Virus record (IMG/VR): IMGVR_UViG_3300037297_000386
Strand: one strand, 5' to 3'
Source of the DNA: a virus
Lineage: Duplodnaviria > Caudoviricetes
DNA length: 64,000 nt
A program made the position numbers and the translations under genes. Below the pieces are notes generated by a model. The model saw only the letters and a program-made list of their open reading frames with translations. It ran no database searches and was not told where the DNA came from. The number at the start of each line of letters is the position of its first letter. Positions within the stretch are counted from its first letter, which is position 1. Positions 1-10,806 of the stretch are shown one piece after another.

Positions 1-85
1 CTAGATCACTATCTAATTCTAATGGATACGAAGTGCTCATCTGGCTGCCTCATTAATTTTTTCTAAAAATCCAAATTTCATTGTA

Positions 86-3000
86 CTAAAATATTTCTCC
101 CACAGTTGCTGCTATCGAAGTTGAATCTCCGTCTATTTCATTAATTGCTCCTGCTATACTATAACTTGAGGTTACTATTCTTACATTGTCGAATCTTATT
201 GTTGGTTCCGGATCAGATCCTGGTCCACCATCAACATAATTAGAGTTAACTATCCTAACACGCGGAACTACATCGAACATAATATTTTCTGGGAGCCCAA
301 GCTCAGATACTGGAATAGATACAACATATCGTTCTGTTTGAGATTTGGATGGAAGAACTCCAGTATAAATAGTCTTGACCGTAGCATACGCTTCTGAAAC
401 AGTCAAATTTTCCATTCCTCTTTCAGTTGCTATCCCAACGTCGATATACACAGTGTCGCTGACACCAAATGGACCATTGATACCAGTCTTGATTCCTGTA
501 TAAATTAATTCAATAAATACATTTAAATGGGTCAGACCAATGGCCCTAAAAATTGTAGTTTGCATGGTATCTGGATCACTAAATTCAAACCTTCTAGTAG
601 TAATTATGGCACTACCGGCCCCAAACCCTCTAGCTGATAATGGTGTCTCATATTGACCTGGTATATAAGAAAATCCATTGTTAGATCCCATCTCAATACT
701 AGCTAAATAACCATCAATACCACCAGATGCTTCAGTTACGGTAAATCCCCATGAACTGCCTTGCACTGTATTACGAATCTGTGTTACTTTTTGTTCTAAA
801 TTAGCTTTCAAATCTACAATCTTTTTGTCCAACTTGTTAATCATTAAACGACGGTCTATAAAATATCCATCTATTGATGACCCATTTGCTTCGAATTGTC
901 CTATTATAGCGACACCCCTATCGTCACCATACCCATCTCCGGATGTAAGTTCTTCAAATGTAAATCCAGAATCATACTCAGTCTTTATTATATAATTACC
1001 GTGATGGTCAAGTAGCAACAATTTTTGTGATGCACTAAGATCGTCTACTTCTACATCCTTCGTACTAACCTCTACAATTCTACCGTCTACTAAAGCCCGG
1101 CCGCCACGAATTTTAAGATAATTATCACCATGCGAAATATACTCAAATCCACGTATAATACCATTATTTCTTAATTCTTTCGTAATGTCTTCTATTGGAA
1201 CTGGATTAAGAGTATCTTCTGATATGTTATTAATACTAGTTCCAAGAGGACGATGATCTATAGCATATTTTAAGGTTTCAATGCTCCAATTCCCAGAATA
1301 ATGAACCGATGCTATATGTAATTTATCATCGGTACCCCCAAAAGCAAACACACTCATTGTCTCACGTGAGCTAGATGGAATACCAGTAACTTCAAATAAG
1401 GCACTATTAATATTATCTGGTGCATATGCTTTAAGTTCGCCTAGAAAACCAGATGGTATATTGGACGCAGTTCCACGATCGCCATTCTCATACAAATAAA
1501 TTTTAGTGGCATCACTTATCTGCCATTCCACTTCCGATGTCGGGAAATCTTTACTGATAACCTTAATGTCTACTCCAGATATTGGATGGTATTGTACTCT
1601 AAGAGACTTAGTAATTATGCCATATCCGTCGCCATCTGGTTCTATAAAAATATCAAAAATTTCACCATTAGCGCTATTTTCGAAATTAACAGCATCTGCC
1701 GGTATTTCAATATCAAATTCTCCCAAAGCAATGTCCGAACTTAGTACAATCGATTCATCGTTTGGAAATCCAAGAATGTAATGCGTACCATTATAATCTG
1801 AACTCGTACTGTGATTTGTAATATTGCATAAAAGGCGGCCCTCATTTCCTATAATAATTCCTAATTCGGATAAATCACCTAATCCAAGAGATAAAGTATT
1901 TAATGGTTTAGTGTTATGTACATAATGACGTTTTACAAGCGACTTTATATCAAATATTTTTTGCCCACCTATATAGGCTCCATTAACATCTTTAGTCCAT
2001 TCAAATACGGTACCAGTAACAGATCCAAACCCAAGAGCTGTCGCTGCAGAAAATTGCACAGAATCTAATACCTGGATCGTAAACTCCTTTCCTGGCATAG
2101 TATGTGCAATAGTAAGATGTCCACCAGTATTATAGGCCGAAATCGGATAATGCTCTTCGCACCCCTGCGCTTTTGTATTAATTGCATTAACGACTTCATT
2201 TAAATCATCAGTCGGTATAATAGCTTGTAGATTGACATCCAAATAAGATCTACCAATTCCGCCAGCCTGAATCCTTAAGTATTGAGCAGACCCAATGCTT
2301 AGCGCATGTAAATCTAAATTCTTACTGGTTACTCTGGCAACATTTGGCCGCATTACCTGAAAAATATTAGTTGCTTTACTTGTTTCAGTTTGAAATATAG
2401 TGCCAGCTAAAGTGGTTTCTTTTAAATTTCCTTGATCACCTTGCTCTCCTCTGTCATTTAATATAACACCCGTAGTATGTCCCTTATCTTGATGGTCTTC
2501 GGTAACAGTGGATCCCAAATTATCTAATTCTATCAGAGCGCTTTGTACATCATTAGCAGAAAAATTTATAAATTCATTATTAGTAGAGATACCATAAGCT
2601 TTATGAGCGCCAATAGAAGATTGTTCATGTGATGTAAATGCGTTATTCAATACATTTATAATTGTTTCAACATCTTCACTACTTCTTATTGGCTGTGTTA
2701 AGTCTATATGATAACCGTCGTGTTTATATCCAGTTCCGCCGAAATGTTTAGTGAATTGATTAATCAATATATTAAAAGTCGTTCTTAATGTGTTTATATC
2801 AACAATATTAGAAGAAATTTTCCCATTCAAAGTTGCAGTCGGATAATCTAAATCCAATTTTACTTCCTCAATGGCCGCACCTGCTGATATATGAGCGTTT
2901 GTTATTGGAAGAGTTACCAATCCACGTTCTTGTAAAGCAGATAATTTAATACGACCATTCGCATCAATAGACTCATTAATTCTAGTTACTAAATCTTCCA

Positions 3001-3157
3001 TATTACCTTGCGGATTTACACCTATCGTATCCTCTATTGAAAATATAGCGTCACGCAAAGAATTAATTGATTCGGCACCTATTTCGGTAATATTGTTTTC
3101 TACTCTTGGGATTTCAACATCCGAGTCAATTGTACCAGGATAACTGCTTCTACCCAT
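86..3157 (-). CDS. Large virion structural protein (tail/baseplate-associated), 1023 aa
   Basis: Long ORF rich in beta-strand-type sequence. Its N-terminal YPxxxD...INxLRDAIxxIExxxGVxPxG motif is shared with 10807..13512, and it has an H-x-A-x-x-I-S...DVQSALIEL segment typical of tail-fibre-like proteins. Function is inferred from context. Confidence 0.55.
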   Translation of the reverse strand: MGRSSYPGTIDSDVEIPRVENNITEIGAESINSLRDAIFSIEDTIGVNPQGNMEDLVTRINESIDANGRIKLSALQERGLVTLPITNAHISAGAAIEEVKLDLDYPTATLNGKISSNIVDINTLRTTFNILINQFTKHFGGTGYKHDGYHIDLTQPIRSSEDVETIINVLNNAFTSHEQSSIGAHKAYGISTNNEFINFSANDVQSALIELDNLGSTVTEDHQDKGHTTGVILNDRGEQGDQGNLKETTLAGTIFQTETSKATNIFQVMRPNVARVTSKNLDLHALSIGSAQYLRIQAGGIGRSYLDVNLQAIIPTDDLNEVVNAINTKAQGCEEHYPISAYNTGGHLTIAHTMPGKEFTIQVLDSVQFSAATALGFGSVTGTVFEWTKDVNGAYIGGQKIFDIKSLVKRHYVHNTKPLNTLSLGLGDLSELGIIIGNEGRLLCNITNHSTSSDYNGTHYILGFPNDESIVLSSDIALGEFDIEIPADAVNFENSANGEIFDIFIEPDGDGYGIITKSLRVQYHPISGVDIKVISKDFPTSEVEWQISDATKIYLYENGDRGTASNIPSGFLGELKAYAPDNINSALFEVTGIPSSSRETMSVFAFGGTDDKLHIASVHYSGNWSIETLKYAIDHRPLGTSINNISEDTLNPVPIEDITKELRNNGIIRGFEYISHGDNYLKIRGGRALVDGRIVEVSTKDVEVDDLSASQKLLLLDHHGNYIIKTEYDSGFTFEELTSGDGYGDDRGVAIIGQFEANGSSIDGYFIDRRLMINKLDKKIVDLKANLEQKVTQIRNTVQGSSWGFTVTEASGGIDGYLASIEMGSNNGFSYIPGQYETPLSARGFGAGSAIITTRRFEFSDPDTMQTTIFRAIGLTHLNVFIELIYTGIKTGINGPFGVSDTVYIDVGIATERGMENLTVSEAYATVKTIYTGVLPSKSQTERYVVSIPVSELGLPENIMFDVVPRVRIVNSNYVDGGPGSDPEPTIRFDNVRIVTSSYSIAGAINEIDGDSTSIAATVGEIF

Positions 3158-3166
3158 CTACTTGTT

Positions 3167-3205
3167 CCGATCCTTTTTTGTTAATTTTTACTAATAACAG
3201 TTGCA
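3167..3205 (-). mobile_element. Isolated IS607/TnpB-type transposon right-end relic
   Basis: AAAATTAACAAAAAAGGATCGG (3167-3188) is identical to 4240-4261, which ends a TnpB C-terminal relic. The small hairpin just upstream is conserved (TTAGT-AAAA-ATTAA here, GTTGGT-GAAA-ATTAAC in the other copy). Confidence 0.55.
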
Positions 3206-3234
3206 CAAAATCGTATTTTTAATAAAAATATATG

Positions 3235-4233
3235 CTATTGGTGCAAATAAAATACCAAACCAGTATTAAATAAGTATTGATTAAAAGCTTTAGTAAAAGG
3301 CGTTCCAACAGATAATATTGCTCCTATATTTAAGTCTAGGTCAAATACTTTTGGATTAAAAGAAATACCAACATGCTGTGCTAAATTATCAACATCATTA
3401 AAACTTAATGATGTGTAAGTATGTACGCCTAGCCATTTCCATTCAAAAAATTGTAATCCGAGTCCGAAATTGGTATTACAGTTTGGTAATATATTAATTG
3501 CCCCTATTGCGGTTACACGTAGTTTAAATAGGTCCTTCCAACTAGATTCTGGATTTATAGTTGGACTGTTGTAATATTGAAATTCAGAATCTACTATTTT
3601 AGCTTTAGCATTAGGAATGGGTTTGTATTCACCTTCTTTATTCTTAAACATTTCCCTCAATATTAATCGACGTGTTTGTAAAAAACCTTCTTCTTGTTGC
3701 CAAATTTCACCATATATTTTAAATATTTGTTCACTTCTAAAGATTTCATTATTTTTTTGAAATATATTTGGATCCTCTAATCGGAATCGCTTAAGCGTGT
3801 CTTCCCAGTTATAACTTATAATGCAATTTCCCAAATCATCTAAACTATCACATTGTACAATATTTACCTCGGTTGTCCCACCATCTATTTTTTGTCTTAA
3901 TCTTGCTATAGTTATATCACGACTTTTGATCTGAAGGTCGTGCTTTTTCTTAAATTCTTCAAAATTTTTATCTACTTCTTGTTTATCCCTTTTAAGCTGT
4001 TCAATAAGATCGTGTTGTGTTACCAGTTTAGATCGCGATATTCCAAGTCCTATATTTAATTCTTGCAATTCTCTTTCATTATCAGTTAGCTTTCCTTGTA
4101 ATTGTCTATTATAGGTTTGTAATCTTTCATTTTCTTTCATTTGACAGCTTCTCATAAAAAATCCGCCGGAAACTAACAAACTTATTAAAACCCAAAGAAA
4201 ATATTTATTTCCCAATATTATTAAAGCTTTCAT
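3235..4233 (-). CDS. Membrane-anchored coiled-coil protein (possibly spanin-like), 332 aa
   Basis: N-terminal hydrophobic segment ending FMRSC, a long coiled coil, and C-terminal amphipathic beta-strands ending GLVFYLHQ. Confidence 0.4.
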   Translation of the reverse strand: MKALIILGNKYFLWVLISLLVSGGFFMRSCQMKENERLQTYNRQLQGKLTDNERELQELNIGLGISRSKLVTQHDLIEQLKRDKQEVDKNFEEFKKKHDLQIKSRDITIARLRQKIDGGTTEVNIVQCDSLDDLGNCIISYNWEDTLKRFRLEDPNIFQKNNEIFRSEQIFKIYGEIWQQEEGFLQTRRLILREMFKNKEGEYKPIPNAKAKIVDSEFQYYNSPTINPESSWKDLFKLRVTAIGAINILPNCNTNFGLGLQFFEWKWLGVHTYTSLSFNDVDNLAQHVGISFNPKVFDLDLNIGAILSVGTPFTKAFNQYLFNTGLVFYLHQ

Positions 4234-4239
4234 AATCTA

Positions 4240-4361
4240 CCGATCCTTTTTTGTTAATTTTCACCAACAACGCTACTGTTTAAGCAAGGTGAATCTCTCA
4301 ATGCCCTAAGTAAAATTCCTAGAGCTCCGTTTATATCTCGATCCATTTTCTTACCTCTCAT
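4240..4361 (-). pseudogene. tnpB: 3' remnant of an IS607-family tnpB plus transposon right end
   Basis: Frame 4361-4254 reads MRGKKMDRDINGALGILLRALRDSPCLNSSVVGEN*. DRDxNGAxGIxLRAL is the TnpB RuvC-III C-terminal motif. It is followed by a GAAA hairpin and ...AAAAAAGGATCGG. Confidence 0.7.
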
Positions 4362-4366
4362 ATATA

Positions 4367-7300
4367 TTAAGTCGCTGCAGATGTCATGTTTGAACCAAAT
4401 GTTGTTCCTGTATTTGCGCTGGAACTATTACCCCATCCTATAGCATGGTTCGTGAAATTAATACCACTATAAGAACTAAACCAATTCAGTGCTATCATTG
4501 GATCGGATGTACCATTTAATGCCGGACAATCGTAATCACCTGCTGCAGATAATGATAAAGTTAAAGCTCCAGTCATAGAATTGGCTATTATCATGCAGCT
4601 ATCCATTTCTGTACCTGGACCAGTATAAATAGTAATATACCCCGGTCCAGAGTTACCAGTGATAGCAATTCTAGTATGTTCATTAGCAACCCCACTAGAT
4701 CCGAGAGCTAGCCCGGTTTGAAACACATTACCAGAAAAAGTGCTATGTATAAAATTGTCCGCGGTACCATCTCCTGTTTTTGCAAAATGTATAAGACCTT
4801 TACAATTATTTCCTTGAAATGCAACACGAGTAATACATGCCGTATCAGTTCCAGTATCTGTGACTGTTAATGAACTATTGAAAGAGTTACCATTGCAAGC
4901 AACATCGATCCATTTGCCTGATGTAAAAGTGCTATTGAAAATATTGTTTCCAATACTTGATTCAGTAATCGTATTACTACCAGCTGAAGCGGTACTATTA
5001 AATGTGTTTCCAGAACAAGAAACATCGGTCCAAGAGCTTGAATTAAAAGCCGCATTAAACACATTGGATGTTACACTTACAACATTCAAGTCATCCACGC
5101 TCAGTGTTGATGCTATCTGATTTCCAGTAACTATACATCGAACAAGATCACCATCAATTGTCACAGTATCGTCAAATTGATTACAAGAAATTGTACAATC
5201 CTGCAATGAAGTTGAAGTAGCATCAAAATTTACAACACTAGAAAATATATTATCTGTAATAACACAATCATTCAATACCCCAGTAAAATCTATATTATCT
5301 ACATAATTGCTTGAAAAGGTTGTACTAACGAGTGATGATAAAAAGTCTAATGCATCAGTTGATCCGCTAAAATTATTACCAGTTATGTTGGAGTTATAAA
5401 CAGCGCCCGTTATATCAACAGTATCTTCGAATTTATTATTATTTATAACTGAATAATAAATTTCCTCTAAAGAAGTATTATTACCGTTACCATATATCAT
5501 ATTATCAGATATTAATGAATCATATATACGATCAGCAATTTGAATGGCCCCATAGATATTATTCGAAGATATGGTCGATCTAACTATGGAATTATCACTT
5601 GAATATGTAAATGATAAAGTCTGATATAATTGATTGTCAGAAAACACACTATCTGTAAATGTCCCAGATAAAGTTATTGATATATACCCACTAATTCCAG
5701 ACATTATATTATTTTCTATAATACTTTTACTTACATTCCCTGAAATTGTTACATTATCTGAGAATACATTTCCGTTTAATACACAATTTGTTAAAGAATT
5801 TAACCCAACTGTAGAATCAACAATATTATTTCCCACAGTACTATTTGATAAAGGAGCAGCAGAAGCTGATATTATATTAAATTTATTACCAACAATAGAC
5901 AGCCTTTCTTTAGCACTTGCAGACAATGTGAATGTTCCATTAACATAGTTAGAAATTATATCAGCATAATCACAATCACCATTCATATTAAGATTGTTGC
6001 ATCGATTATTACTAATTACACAACCAGAAGATGCTGTTCCTCCCACAGCACCAGAAAATACCAAATCGGACGAATCATCTACAATATTATTATTAATAAC
6101 ACAAGAATCTAATGAATTTGAAAATGTTACAGTAGATGCTGAATGATTAGAGCTAAATGATGAATCTGATAATGTACCACTTATAGTGGATACTCCAACA
6201 ATATTATTATTATCAATTAGTGCATCGGTGATCGCTCCATCAATTGTAAATGTAGAATTAATAGTATTATTAATTATATTAGAACTAGACACATATCCAT
6301 CTTCAATACTATCATCGATCTCAAATGTTCCATTTACGATATTAGAGACACAAGTAGAATTTTGTGATAATCCACTTAATGTCAGATTTCCATCCCCATC
6401 CGATCCAATCATATTACTAGACATAACGGTACCACTTAATGTGCCTATAGTAACATTGTCTTTCATGACATTATTACTTATGGAACATCCGGCTAATGAT
6501 CCACTTATAGATATATCACTACCAAAAGAATTGTCAGAAATAACAGAGTTTTGATACGTTACTATGGTTCTACCACTTGGTCCAAGATTAAAATAACTAC
6601 CGATTCTATTTGAATTAAATATAGTATTATTAAATAAATTTCCACTCGTAGTTGTATTAAGATCTGTACCAATTGATAAATAACCGTCAAATTGATTATT
6701 AGATATAACTGAATCCAATACGTATGTAGAATAACTGGCCGAATCAACTCCAAGACATCCTAATCCGCTAGCAAATATATTATTACAAAAAGTTGAATCT
6801 AATAACAAGTAATGCCCTGACGAATCTTCATTCACATCCATAGTAACAGCACCAATTATAGTATTACCGTCAAAATGTGATTTTTCAAAAATTTTATCTC
6901 CGGATTGAATAACAAATGCGTTAGAGCTAGAATTAGTCAAAGTATTATAACCAAATGTAGAGTTTAAAAATATTGCGTTTGTTCCGGAATTGGTAAAACT
7001 GACCGCTCCATCAATTTCAGTATTTGTTATAGACGAATTATTTAACAATGTTCCGGCCAATGAAGGCATTGTGAACCCTGCATCTAGAACAGAGTTATCA
7101 ATCGAAGAAGATATCATAGATGTAACTTCAACAGAACTAGAAACAAATTTACAATCACTAATTTCTGTGCCTGTAATAGCACCGAATACTATTTTTTGTG
7201 AGGGTTCAGAAAATAGCAAATTACCAGAAAATGTTACATCACTACAATCACCAACTGAAATATCTGCAGTTGTTGAAGTTGATCTAAATATATTATTAGA

Positions 7301-10300
7301 ACAAGCGACATTAGTTAAATCACCTATAATTAGAGCTGCGTATGGTGCGAGATCATACCCATCAGAATCAACCACATTACCTATAATAGATGTATAACTG
7401 GTCGTACTTAGATTAAAAACTCTAGCGTTATTGTTATTTAATGTAGAGTGATTTCCTAAAGTTCCAGATATTATTAGGTCACCACTACAAGAGTTTCCAT
7501 TAATACATGACGAAGATACTGAACCAGATATACTAATTCCCCCGATTCCAGTATTTGTAAAATCACGTAGTATTGTATTATTCGATATACTTGAATTATT
7601 TATTGAACCAGTTATTTGTATAACATGTCCAGTTATAGATGCATTTCCAATTGTATTAGAGTCTATCTTAGTAGAAGTAACAGATCCGGCACCAAATGTG
7701 CCAGCAACCATGAGTCCAGTAATTGTTGACTTTGTTATATCACCCACAGATGTAACATTTCCTCTCACAGTGTTATTTCCAAACACAGAGTTAGACACGG
7801 ACGTTGACACATTCAAATTATTTTCTATTTCATTGTTTGAAAATACAGTATTACTCCACGTTGTTGACGATATACCAGATGATCCTAGGATACTATTGGA
7901 ATCGATTGTACTATTGCTAATTGCCACAATAGTAAGGTCACCTTCTAGGCGATTGTTGCATATTTTTGATTCATCACAAGAATCATGTAATTCGATTTTA
8001 CCAGAAGATGTGTTTTCAGAAATTATAGAGTTATCAATTGTGCCAGCAAAATCAAATCCTGTTGACCCAGCCATATTTGATGTAATACTTGTTTCATCCA
8101 AATCACCATTTAAATCTATCGCTCCTAATACGGCATTATTGGATATCATGGCGTTTGTAATATTACCATTTAATATTAAGTCAGACGAAACATGATTACC
8201 AGATATTTGTATTTTATTTCCAGTAGCAGCAGCAATTGCAACATTTCCACCAGTTACCCAGTTGTTTTTAATAGATAGATCATTAAAATTACTATCTGAA
8301 TCTAAAGTACCGCCTATGTTAATAGATCCAGCAACCAGTTTGTTTCCAGATACAGATAAATCTTCGAATGTATAATCATTAGCATCAGTCGTAGATTCCA
8401 TTACAATGATTGACCCAGTTGTATCAAACACATTATTTTCTATAGTACATCCTTGTAAAGTAAATCCACTACTATTTGCTATCATATCATGTAAGGTAAT
8501 ATTACTACTGCCCATCATTACATTATCTTTTATTACAATTATATCTGAACTGCTACCATCAGCCGAATCTCCTGCATATATATCGTAAAACAAATCGATA
8601 TGATTAACTCTATTATTCGATATAGAAATATTGTGCAATTTGTGAGAATACCAATATATTCCTTTCGATCCGACGAATGTGTTTCCAGTTAATTCAATAC
8701 CTTTAGTGTCCGTATCTAAGTATACACGTTCATTAAAAACCATGTCGCCATGCATTATATTGTTAGAGAAAATGCAAGCACTTAAATAGATACCAACATA
8801 GGCGTCATCCCCAAAATTAATTGAGTCAACTATGGTAGTATCAGCATCACCAATCATATTATTTGTAACTTTTAAGTCAGAATATGTAATATTGCCTCCC
8901 GCAGAATTGGCAGATGTGGCAAAATTAATTGACGAAGTTACAGAGTTATTATCAATGATAAGATTTTTGATATTATGTTGCCCAAATCCATGCAATGATC
9001 CAGATATATCTAAATCGTCATGGAATTTGTTATCAGATATATTAACATTATTAATTTCCCAATCTGATGTTGTATCATCAGCTTTAAAAAGTGCTTTACC
9101 GAAACAAATATTACCAACGAAATTAAAATCACTAACTGAATTATATATACCAAAGGAATTAATAATATTATTGTTGAATTGAGAATCCACAATATACCCA
9201 TCTAGGTGGATATCATTAAACACATTGTCTTTAATTATTGATCCAGATAAACCATTAATATATATATTCCTAAATTCTGAATTATTACAAATACGCACAT
9301 TTTCTAAAATTGTGTCTATATCTAATCCTATATCAGCTGTTAGTGCTATATTATTTTCTGTAATATGGATCTCTCGTATATTTTCTAATATACCTCCATC
9401 TGAAATACCGCTTTCAAAATATATTGCATATCCATCAACAGCCGATTCTGAAATTTTAAAATTGTTAGAAGTTATATTGATATTATCTATAGACACACTT
9501 GGAGTAACTGAAAGCCCGTCGATGATATAATTTCCTATATAAACTGGTCGATCGAATGATGGTGAATCGAAGATATTACTATATATATCGATATTTTTAT
9601 ATGTTGTGTTAATATGCTTGGGAGCAAATCCAATACCATAAGCATCATGTGTGGCCCACAATTCATTGTTTTTAATTTTTATATTCTGAATTGTTTGAGA
9701 GGCAGAAGTTGTTGTTATTTCTATAGCGGCCCGTTTTTCAGTTGATCCATTAGTTTTTATAGTGAGCCCACTAATTGACGCATCGCTTCCTTGCACTGAA
9801 AATGCGGGCAAACTATTCGGACGAGTTATTTCAGCTCGCTTACTTAAACCAATCACTTTGACATTCGAGGGTATATTAACAGTATCAGTATATACATAAT
9901 CTCCCTCTTTAAGATATACTGTCCCTCCATACGGTGATAATGAATCAACCGCCATCTGCATAACGGTACTTGTTTGACCATAATATGTTCCAAAACTATT
10001 AATACCATCACCAACTGTTACTATATTAACATCATCATTATCTATTAAAGTCGGACCTGTATATTGATAAAAAGTTGCGAACATAGTTAAGCGTCCTTCA
10101 TCTTCTGGACGCTCATATCCATCTATATCTCCGTATACTCCGAATGGATTCATTATACTATTAATGCCATTTAGCGGAGCACCAGTAAATCTTATTATAC
10201 CATTAGCATAATCTACAGTCCACCTTGCATTATTACCAATGCCATATTCAGCTGTTGGATCAGCGGTAATCGGAATAGAACCATACCCATCATAGGCATC

Positions 10301-10792
10301 CAAACTAGATCCGGTTGGAGATGACAAATCTGTCACAGAATGGGCTGGAAATAGCGCTAACTCAAAACCACGAAAATTAGGATCGGCATGAGCGGCATTT
10401 GTTTTACCTATTGATAAATCAGGTGGAACTATATGTTTTACACGTACAAATTCTATATCCTCTGGATTATCTGATGCAGGCGTAGAATGGACTGCAACAA
10501 AAGTCTGGATAGATGATAGCCCAGACATGCCAGATGTAGCTAAAGAATGTAAACGAATTTTTTGACGTCTGGATGCTACTGCGCCGTTTGGCCAATCACC
10601 ATATTCCGGAGATGTAAACAAAGTATCGGATGTAGGGGTTTCACTAAATATATCATTCCGTAGAATTATTTCCGAATTACCAAATGGCTCTTCAACATAT
10701 GATTTATCCGACCCTAAAGTATTAGCCTTTCGTTGCTCACACTTATCGGCTCCGGCAATTTTTTCTTGGTCTAAGTTTGTAAAAGTTGCCAT
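4367..10792 (-). CDS. Giant parallel beta-helix tailspike/tail-fibre-like protein, 2141 aa
   Basis: After VTVGDG...YGGTVYLKEGDY (the usual beta-helix cap) come ~1870 aa of IxNNxI / IxGNxF repeats rich in Asn/Ser/Ile. Confidence 0.8.
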   Translation of the reverse strand: MATFTNLDQEKIAGADKCEQRKANTLGSDKSYVEEPFGNSEIILRNDIFSETPTSDTLFTSPEYGDWPNGAVASRRQKIRLHSLATSGMSGLSSIQTFVAVHSTPASDNPEDIEFVRVKHIVPPDLSIGKTNAAHADPNFRGFELALFPAHSVTDLSSPTGSSLDAYDGYGSIPITADPTAEYGIGNNARWTVDYANGIIRFTGAPLNGINSIMNPFGVYGDIDGYERPEDEGRLTMFATFYQYTGPTLIDNDDVNIVTVGDGINSFGTYYGQTSTVMQMAVDSLSPYGGTVYLKEGDYVYTDTVNIPSNVKVIGLSKRAEITRPNSLPAFSVQGSDASISGLTIKTNGSTEKRAAIEITTTSASQTIQNIKIKNNELWATHDAYGIGFAPKHINTTYKNIDIYSNIFDSPSFDRPVYIGNYIIDGLSVTPSVSIDNINITSNNFKISESAVDGYAIYFESGISDGGILENIREIHITENNIALTADIGLDIDTILENVRICNNSEFRNIYINGLSGSIIKDNVFNDIHLDGYIVDSQFNNNIINSFGIYNSVSDFNFVGNICFGKALFKADDTTSDWEINNVNISDNKFHDDLDISGSLHGFGQHNIKNLIIDNNSVTSSINFATSANSAGGNITYSDLKVTNNMIGDADTTIVDSINFGDDAYVGIYLSACIFSNNIMHGDMVFNERVYLDTDTKGIELTGNTFVGSKGIYWYSHKLHNISISNNRVNHIDLFYDIYAGDSADGSSSDIIVIKDNVMMGSSNITLHDMIANSSGFTLQGCTIENNVFDTTGSIIVMESTTDANDYTFEDLSVSGNKLVAGSINIGGTLDSDSNFNDLSIKNNWVTGGNVAIAAATGNKIQISGNHVSSDLILNGNITNAMISNNAVLGAIDLNGDLDETSITSNMAGSTGFDFAGTIDNSIISENTSSGKIELHDSCDESKICNNRLEGDLTIVAISNSTIDSNSILGSSGISSTTWSNTVFSNNEIENNLNVSTSVSNSVFGNNTVRGNVTSVGDITKSTITGLMVAGTFGAGSVTSTKIDSNTIGNASITGHVIQITGSINNSSISNNTILRDFTNTGIGGISISGSVSSSCINGNSCSGDLIISGTLGNHSTLNNNNARVFNLSTTSYTSIIGNVVDSDGYDLAPYAALIIGDLTNVACSNNIFRSTSTTADISVGDCSDVTFSGNLLFSEPSQKIVFGAITGTEISDCKFVSSSVEVTSMISSSIDNSVLDAGFTMPSLAGTLLNNSSITNTEIDGAVSFTNSGTNAIFLNSTFGYNTLTNSSSNAFVIQSGDKIFEKSHFDGNTIIGAVTMDVNEDSSGHYLLLDSTFCNNIFASGLGCLGVDSASYSTYVLDSVISNNQFDGYLSIGTDLNTTTSGNLFNNTIFNSNRIGSYFNLGPSGRTIVTYQNSVISDNSFGSDISISGSLAGCSISNNVMKDNVTIGTLSGTVMSSNMIGSDGDGNLTLSGLSQNSTCVSNIVNGTFEIDDSIEDGYVSSSNIINNTINSTFTIDGAITDALIDNNNIVGVSTISGTLSDSSFSSNHSASTVTFSNSLDSCVINNNIVDDSSDLVFSGAVGGTASSGCVISNNRCNNLNMNGDCDYADIISNYVNGTFTLSASAKERLSIVGNKFNIISASAAPLSNSTVGNNIVDSTVGLNSLTNCVLNGNVFSDNVTISGNVSKSIIENNIMSGISGYISITLSGTFTDSVFSDNQLYQTLSFTYSSDNSIVRSTISSNNIYGAIQIADRIYDSLISDNMIYGNGNNTSLEEIYYSVINNNKFEDTVDITGAVYNSNITGNNFSGSTDALDFLSSLVSTTFSSNYVDNIDFTGVLNDCVITDNIFSSVVNFDATSTSLQDCTISCNQFDDTVTIDGDLVRCIVTGNQIASTLSVDDLNVVSVTSNVFNAAFNSSSWTDVSCSGNTFNSTASAGSNTITESSIGNNIFNSTFTSGKWIDVACNGNSFNSSLTVTDTGTDTACITRVAFQGNNCKGLIHFAKTGDGTADNFIHSTFSGNVFQTGLALGSSGVANEHTRIAITGNSGPGYITIYTGPGTEMDSCMIIANSMTGALTLSLSAAGDYDCPALNGTSDPMIALNWFSSYSGINFTNHAIGWGNSSSANTGTTFGSNMTSAAT

Positions 10793-10806
10793 TTAAAATC
10801 TGCTCC

